Source: a virus
DNA length: 64,000 bases
Direction: 5' to 3' (one strand)
IMG/VR virus record: IMGVR_UViG_3300042907_001596
Coordinates: 64,001-128,000 of that record
Below the pieces are notes generated by a model. The model made no database searches. It saw nothing but the letters and a program-made list of their open reading frames with translations, and was not told where the DNA came from. Positions 58,156 to 64,000 of the stretch are shown here, piece by piece; within the stretch, counting starts at the first letter, position 1, and every line of letters starts with the position of its first letter. The translations under genes and the position numbers were made by a program.

Positions 58156-61100
58156 ATGGTGAAAATCGGCAGCGCGGTACAGACTGCCCACGGTTTGGGC
58201 ACGGTTACCGACACCGAAACGGTGCGCGGCCGAACCCAGTACAAAGTGGCCGGAGATGGCTTCGCTGTCTGGCTGGACGACGTGAAGGTTGCCGCTTCCA
58301 GCCCAAGCTCAGAGGATTGGGTTGACGAGCGTCGGAGATGGGAAAACTCTCACCCCGAATGGAGTCCGTTTAAAGAAGATGAGGATTCTCAGCGTCGGCT
58401 GAATACAAAAGAGTCCTCGCTAGGTGACGTAGACGAGTCCAACTCCACCACGCTGCCGTACGACTACGAGCCGCAGCACCCGGTGGAGATGTACAACCAA
58501 GAGTCCACCATCATCCCCGCCGAGCACGACGATGTCGACGCAGAAGAGCGCACCCACCCCACCAACTCCGTGACCGGCGAGAGCGAAGAGGGTGGCCCCT
58601 ACCCCGGCCCCGCCCCGCACCTGTTCGCCAGGGTCATGGACTACCCCGCCGACTACGACCTGGGCGATGAGCCGTCCGAAGAGGAAGTCGCCGCCGACGA
58701 GCGCAGGAACCGCGAAGAGGAAGAAGCTCTTTACGAGCAGTACCTCCTTGAGCATCGCCCTCACTTCCACGGCGACGAAGAGTACGAAGGACGGATGTCC
58801 TTTGAGGGCGCAGCCGAAGGCGCAGCCTCTCAAGACTGCGACTATTGCGGTGAGTCGGGACACGACTGGCAGGAGCATCCCGAAGCGTGGGCCGACGTTG
58901 CAGTATGGAATTACGAGAAGAAACAGCATGACTTCCCGTTCGGGGATCACCACGAAGGCGAGCCTGCTGAGGACTTTGACGGCTACGAGCATTTCGCTGC
59001 ACGCACCGCCGCCGGAGCGTGGGGCGACCTGGCCGACGAACCCGAAGCTGGCGGAGGACACCACGCCAAAGGCAGCGCAGGGCACTATCAGCAGTACGCG
59101 CTGCGCAACGGATTAAACCCCGGCAGCAGCCTCGCCGCCGATCAGTATTCCCGCGAACACAACATCCCGCTGGAACGGGCTGAAGGCTTCGCTATGAAGC
59201 AGAGCCACCGCCCCGCCGGTCTGAGTGACAAGTACATCGACATCCAGGCTGCCGCCGACGACATTCACGACCCGATCGTCCAGTTCCGCCGCGACCCCAT
59301 CGCCTTCCTTCAGCGCAAAGCCTACGAGGCGGAGTGCGAAGAAGGGCTGGATCCGCGTGTCGGGCAGTACATGGATCTGGTCAACGCCGACACCAGCATC
59401 CGCACTGCCGCCTGGAACGATGTCCGCACCAAAGCTCTGCGGCTGCGCCGCGAAGGCAAGGTGTATGTCAAGTCCTCCACGCCGGAAGCCATCTACGCCA
59501 CCGTCGAGGGCGACAACAACGTGTACGACTCCATCATCGTCCAAGGCAACGCCTTGAACATCGGTGGCCAGTCGGTCACCGAATGGCACTGTGGCTGCCC
59601 ATGGGGCAAGTGGGCGTTCAAGCGCAAGATCTCTTACGTCGGCCGGTTCTGCTCCCACGCTTACGCCACCTACCTGGAGATGCAGTCCCGCCACACCACC
59701 GGCCAGGGTGGGGTCAAGCAGACCCCGAACCGCAACCGCAACAAGCCGTGGCTGAGTGTGCCGCAAAACAAGAAGGCTGCCGCCGACGACATGAAGACCC
59801 GGTCGGAGCGCGACTACGACGTGGACGGCTACGGCTTCGATGACGACGGCGGATCCGGTGGCCCGAAGACCCTGAAGAGCCAGCCCGAAAGCATGGAGCC
59901 GGACTTCTACGAAGTACCCGTCGGCACCCAACAGGGGTATACGTTCGACAATGGCAAGGGCACGGTCACGAACTTAGGCGACGACCGCAAGACCACCGGG
60001 CCGGATCAGATCATGGCCAAAGTCGACAAGAAGTGGGCCGACGACCACGCCAAGCTGGACGACGAAGAGCACGAGCCGATCGTTCACTTCAGCATGCGCA
60101 AGCAGGCGCTGACCTACACCGCCGATGAGAACCTGCTGGAGAAGCTGCGCGACCTCAGCCTGGAAGCCCCGTCCGACAGCAACGGCCACAAGCGGGAGCG
60201 CAACCGCGAGGTGTCGGAGATCGTGGACGAACTCCACGACCGGGGCTATGACGCCAGCCAGTTCGTCGCATCGCTGCGTACCGCCGAGGACGGCGAGGGT
60301 GGTATTTTTGACTGGCTAGGGCAGGCAACCCGTAGCCCTTTTGAGCGCAACCTGGATGGTGGCAGCGACAGCTTTTCGGACGCATTTGATCTTCGTAATC
60401 CGTTCTACAATGACGACGCACCTTCACAGACAAACCCGCAAGGATCTGGTGCTTACGTCAAGAGGGACGAGCCATCGTCGCCCACCGGAAGCTCCGACCC
60501 CGATGCTTTCGCGGATCTGAGCAATATCGGAGAAGATCCCGCTGACCCCGCTCCCGCCCCGGCAGCAGCCGCCGCCGCATCCGGTACCGGAGTCAGCGAA
60601 GTCAGCAGTGACGCCGGAGGCGGCGGCGGTGGTGGTGCAGGCGGCGGCGGTGGTGCAGGTGGCTATGTGTCCCCTCCCGGCGGCACTCGCGGCCCCGTCA
60701 CCGACGGTGGCGTTCCCGGCGCGGAGAACGGCGACAACTCGCTGATCAACACCGAGAGCTACACCACCCAGGCGGGGGACACCCTGACCGACATCGCGCA
60801 GCGGACGTACGGCGACATGAACCGTTACGAAGAGATCGCTACGAACAACAACATCACCAACACCGACCAGCTTGATGTTGGGACGACCCTGAACCTTCCC
60901 GGCGCGGGAGGGGCTTCCCCCGCCCCGGCGGCAGCGGACGCTCCGGCTTTGGCCGCAGAAGCCCCAACCCCGGCTCAGGCCAACGCTGGCCCCCCGCCGG
61001 ACAACGCCGCATCGGCAACCTTCGCGCCGGGTGCCCCGGTGCCGCCGGTCGGCACTGTGGCCCGCCGCCGGTACAGTGGCCCCGGCCACGACCACGGCAG

Positions 61101-61968
61101 CGAGGCTACCGACGACGACGACGAAACCAAAAAGACTGCCCCGCCAGCATCCACCACCACGACACCGTCGTCGTCAACGCCCCCGGCGTCCACGCCAGTA
61201 GACAGCCGCTCCCCGGCGGCGGGCGCATCCGGCGGGATGACCGCGCAAGGCATCCCCATCCCGACGGAAACGCAAGACCAGATAACGCAAGACAACTTCG
61301 GCTCCGCCAAGTCCCAGCCGAAAACACAAACCTTAGAGGATCGGCTACCCCAGCCGGGGCAGTCCACCTCAACCGGCGACGGCGGCATGGGTGACTTCGG
61401 ATCGGTGATGGGCGAAATCGGCCCCGCGCTGTCCGGCCTGACGACGGGCCTTGGCCCACTGGTGGGCGAGATCGGATCCGCTGTGGCTCCGGCCATCAGT
61501 GGCTTGGCCAGCGGTTTGGGCGGCGCACTCAGCGGGCTGTTCAGCATGGCGTCTGCACCGAATGAAGGATCTGACCACGACGCGGGCCTGCCCGCTGAGG
61601 ACTTCGGCACCTCCGAAGAGTGGATCAACGCCAACGAGAGCGGCTGCCGGGAAGACGTGACCGACGGCGACGGCGACATCACCAGTTACACCCCGCCGCG
61701 CCAGCAGCCCAAGCAGGCTAGCTACGACGACAACGACATCGTCCGGCAGTTCCAGGCCAACATCGGTAATACCGCGCTGGCATCGGTCGGCGGCGGCGGC
61801 GGATACAGCGACGACGCGATCTCGCAGGCTGCCCAAGGCTTTCTGCGGACAGCGGGTCGGGTGTACTCCCTAGCCGAGCAGCAGGAACTGATTGACGAGT
61901 CCCACCCGCAGGGTGCCCGCAACCTGCCTGGCCTCGACCTTCGGGGCACCCACTACCTGGAGGGCTGA
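58156..61968 (+). CDS. Large head-module protein with SWIM Zn-finger and LysM domains, many R/K-x-A junctions
   Basis: WHCGCPW...FCSHAYA; YTTQAGDTLTDIAQRTYGD...IATNNNI...LDVGTTLNLP. Confidence 0.85.
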   Translation: MVKIGSAVQTAHGLGTVTDTETVRGRTQYKVAGDGFAVWLDDVKVAASSPSSEDWVDERRRWENSHPEWSPFKEDEDSQRRLNTKESSLGDVDESNSTTLPYDYEPQHPVEMYNQESTIIPAEHDDVDAEERTHPTNSVTGESEEGGPYPGPAPHLFARVMDYPADYDLGDEPSEEEVAADERRNREEEEALYEQYLLEHRPHFHGDEEYEGRMSFEGAAEGAASQDCDYCGESGHDWQEHPEAWADVAVWNYEKKQHDFPFGDHHEGEPAEDFDGYEHFAARTAAGAWGDLADEPEAGGGHHAKGSAGHYQQYALRNGLNPGSSLAADQYSREHNIPLERAEGFAMKQSHRPAGLSDKYIDIQAAADDIHDPIVQFRRDPIAFLQRKAYEAECEEGLDPRVGQYMDLVNADTSIRTAAWNDVRTKALRLRREGKVYVKSSTPEAIYATVEGDNNVYDSIIVQGNALNIGGQSVTEWHCGCPWGKWAFKRKISYVGRFCSHAYATYLEMQSRHTTGQGGVKQTPNRNRNKPWLSVPQNKKAAADDMKTRSERDYDVDGYGFDDDGGSGGPKTLKSQPESMEPDFYEVPVGTQQGYTFDNGKGTVTNLGDDRKTTGPDQIMAKVDKKWADDHAKLDDEEHEPIVHFSMRKQALTYTADENLLEKLRDLSLEAPSDSNGHKRERNREVSEIVDELHDRGYDASQFVASLRTAEDGEGGIFDWLGQATRSPFERNLDGGSDSFSDAFDLRNPFYNDDAPSQTNPQGSGAYVKRDEPSSPTGSSDPDAFADLSNIGEDPADPAPAPAAAAAASGTGVSEVSSDAGGGGGGGAGGGGGAGGYVSPPGGTRGPVTDGGVPGAENGDNSLINTESYTTQAGDTLTDIAQRTYGDMNRYEEIATNNNITNTDQLDVGTTLNLPGAGGASPAPAAADAPALAAEAPTPAQANAGPPPDNAASATFAPGAPVPPVGTVARRRYSGPGHDHGSEATDDDDETKKTAPPASTTTTPSSSTPPASTPVDSRSPAAGASGGMTAQGIPIPTETQDQITQDNFGSAKSQPKTQTLEDRLPQPGQSTSTGDGGMGDFGSVMGEIGPALSGLTTGLGPLVGEIGSAVAPAISGLASGLGGALSGLFSMASAPNEGSDHDAGLPAEDFGTSEEWINANESGCREDVTDGDGDITSYTPPRQQPKQASYDDNDIVRQFQANIGNTALASVGGGGGYSDDAISQAAQGFLRTAGRVYSLAEQQELIDESHPQGARNLPGLDLRGTHYLEG

Positions 61969-61970
61969 AA

Positions 61971-62004
61971 CCTGTTAACCCAGGTGAGTCCGTGCAGTAA
62001 TAAG
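61971..62004 (+). promoter_or_regulatory. Putative late promoter CCTGT-N23-AATAAG
   Basis: Precedes the protease gene. Confidence 0.55.
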
Positions 62005-62021
62005 CGGAAGGGAGCATCGTT

Positions 62022-64000
62022 GTGATAACGCCGCCCCGCCGCTTCTCTGCGGCGCAATCCCGCAGCCTTTCCGGCGACGGTGTCCGGCAGCTACTCGCTT
62101 CGTATCGGGGTGGTGCCGCCGACAACGCTGCCGTCGTTCCTGGCTTCACGATTGAGCCGGGGATGATCTACACCCAGGTGCGGGCCATCAGTGCGCGGAT
62201 CAACCAGAACTACGATGCGTGGCCCAGCGGCGAACTGAAGAAGAGCTACAAGACCTTTTTGGGCAAGCCGGTCTTCGTCAATCACGCCAACTTCGACCCA
62301 GAGAAGGCACGCGGCCGGGTTGTCGCCGCCCGCTATGTCGAAAGCGGCAACGACAAATACGTTGAGGTCATCCAAGAGATCGACGCCCAACGCTTCCCGA
62401 AGCTCGCCAAAGAGATCCACGAAGGTGGACTGGATTCGGTGTCGATGGGTGTGGAGGCCGGGTTCACGAAATGTTCAATCTGTGACAACCGCGCCACCGA
62501 CATGACCGATATGTGTGACCACATCAAGTTCCACAAAGGCGAGTTTATGCGCCACGCCAAGACCGGCGAAGACACCATGGTCTACGAGAACTGCTACAAG
62601 CTGGGATTTTTTGAGTTGAGCTACGTCTTCGACCCGGCCGATGAGACGGCCGTCGTCAGCCGCGTCGTGGTAGCCAGCCGCCCACAGGCGTCGCGCCGCC
62701 AGGAGCGCGACCGCAAGATCCGCGAATACCGCGACTTCATCAAGCAAAACCCCGGCAGCCTTAAGGCAGCCCGCCTCATCGTGGCCACCGAGATCGCCAG
62801 GACGGACTGGTCAGATCTGGGTCGGCGGGCATACGGGGAGGGCGCACCGGCGAAAGCTGCTAGCCATCCCGAAGTTGCCGCCGCCTTGAAGCACTTAGAT
62901 CCGCGCAGCGACACCGCCCGGTGGATCAGCAACGAATACCAGCAGGGCTACGACACCGCCAGGAAGACCAGCCGCCGTCGGCTGGCGGCGGGCGAAGACG
63001 AACTCAACCGGGGCATGATCTCTCCCGCGACCTCACCGGCACCGCCTCCCGCCATGAAGCCGGATGAGAACACCTCCACCATGAGCGAACTGGCCAACAC
63101 CCCGCTGGGTGATCTGCCCTATCGGCCGACCTCGTTCCCCACCGCGATCCCCGGCGCACCGTCGGGCGGAAGTTCATCCGGCGGCGGTGTCAGCGGCGCG
63201 GGCTACGTCTCCCCCGGCGGCGGGACGGCCGACGCGGCAGGTCTGATGGACAACAACCGGGGCCTGCACACCCTGCTGAAGCAGACCTTCCCCGACCTAG
63301 AAATCGGCGGCTACCGCCCACCGGGGGATGGCTTCGATGAACACGCCAAAGGCGCGTTGGACATTATGACCACGGACAACGACATAGCGGCACAGATCCG
63401 CCAGATCGGCTTCGACAACGGTGTGCCCTACGCCTTGTGGCAGCAGCAGCAGTTCAACGCACCGTGGTACAACGGCGGAGGAGTATCACAAATGGAAGAT
63501 CGGTTCAGTCCGACCCAAAACCATTTCGATCACGTCCACCTCGCGCCGCCGGATATGTCTTTGATGCCGCGCTCCGCGTCTCGCCGTCGCGCCTGGGGAG
63601 AAACCGAAGCCCCCGAAGACATCGACACGCTGCGCGACCAAAGCGAAGACGACGGGCAGGACGAGTTCCACCACTATGTGGACTCCCCCGAAGAACTTCA
63701 GACACCCGACTTCGACCAGGCTAAGCGGCTGGATCGGGCACAAGAACAGCAGGGCCTCGACGCCGACCGGCGGGTAGAGGACATCGAAGAGGTCGGAACC
63801 CCCGGCCAACAAGGAAGAGGAAGAGCCGTGGCCGGACGACGCCGTTACGCCGAAGACATGCCGATGATGGCCCCCGAAGAAGAAGGCATGATGCCTCCTG
63901 AAGAAGGCATGGCCCCCGAAGAGAGCATGATGCCGTCCGAAGGGATGCCGCCCGCTGAAGCCATGCCTCCCGGCGCGATGGGCAGCCTCAGCCCCGCCGA
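62022..64000 (+). CDS. Capsid maturation (prohead) protease fused to further modules, 3'-truncated
   Basis: Translated by hand (not in ORF track): KPVFVNH, DSVSMG, CSIC..C.H, FFELSYVFDPADETA (HK97/herpes-type fold). Later IGGYR..EH..GALDIM..NHFDHVH. Confidence 0.88.
   Translation, partial: MITPPRRFSAAQSRSLSGDGVRQLLASYRGGAADNAAVVPGFTIEPGMIYTQVRAISARINQNYDAWPSGELKKSYKTFLGKPVFVNHANFDPEKARGRVVAARYVESGNDKYVEVIQEIDAQRFPKLAKEIHEGGLDSVSMGVEAGFTKCSICDNRATDMTDMCDHIKFHKGEFMRHAKTGEDTMVYENCYKLGFFELSYVFDPADETAVVSRVVVASRPQASRRQERDRKIREYRDFIKQNPGSLKAARLIVATEIARTDWSDLGRRAYGEGAPAKAASHPEVAAALKHLDPRSDTARWISNEYQQGYDTARKTSRRRLAAGEDELNRGMISPATSPAPPPAMKPDENTSTMSELANTPLGDLPYRPTSFPTAIPGAPSGGSSSGGGVSGAGYVSPGGGTADAAGLMDNNRGLHTLLKQTFPDLEIGGYRPPGDGFDEHAKGALDIMTTDNDIAAQIRQIGFDNGVPYALWQQQQFNAPWYNGGGVSQMEDRFSPTQNHFDHVHLAPPDMSLMPRSASRRRAWGETEAPEDIDTLRDQSEDDGQDEFHHYVDSPEELQTPDFDQAKRLDRAQEQQGLDADRRVEDIEEVGTPGQQGRGRAVAGRRRYAEDMPMMAPEEEGMMPPEEGMAPEESMMPSEGMPPAEAMPPGAMGSLSPA

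Noticed and set aside
63855-64000. Short tandem repeat (MxPEEG-like)
   Set aside because: Low-complexity coding repeat within the protease/scaffold ORF, not a separate element.

Overview
64 kb of a large, high-GC lytic actinophage genome, almost all on the + strand. The host is probably mycobacterial (WhiB, Ku, Rpf, NrdH, DUF732-like and Rv0184/Rv0185-like genes, mycobacteriophage-type lysin A). The head-gene layout recalls Bxz1/cluster C-like myoviruses (inference). Late and virion genes include tail-associated proteins, lysin A, holin, terminase, portal, a SWIM/LysM protein and a prohead protease running off the right end. They alternate with islands of small early-type genes. Four things stand out. 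(1) A family of giant polyproteins strings together GNAT acetyltransferase modules (8), Arr-like and other ADP-ribosyltransferase modules (5 plus 2), a zeta kinase and an unrecognised repeated domain (6 copies). The modules are joined at a recurrent [R/K]-x-A|(M-P) motif, and three of these genes share a 16-17 aa N-terminal leader ending in R-x-A. This suggests a capsid-packaged, protease-processed effector payload. (2) There are 20 copies of an ECF-sigma-type promoter GGAAT-N18-GTT (one reads GAAAT), 13 of which also supply the upstream stop codon. (3) A second fixed-spacing motif, CCTGT-N22-AA, precedes late genes. (4) A ~340-nt structured non-coding RNA is closed by a 25-bp stem. All family calls come from motif recognition by eye; no searches were run.
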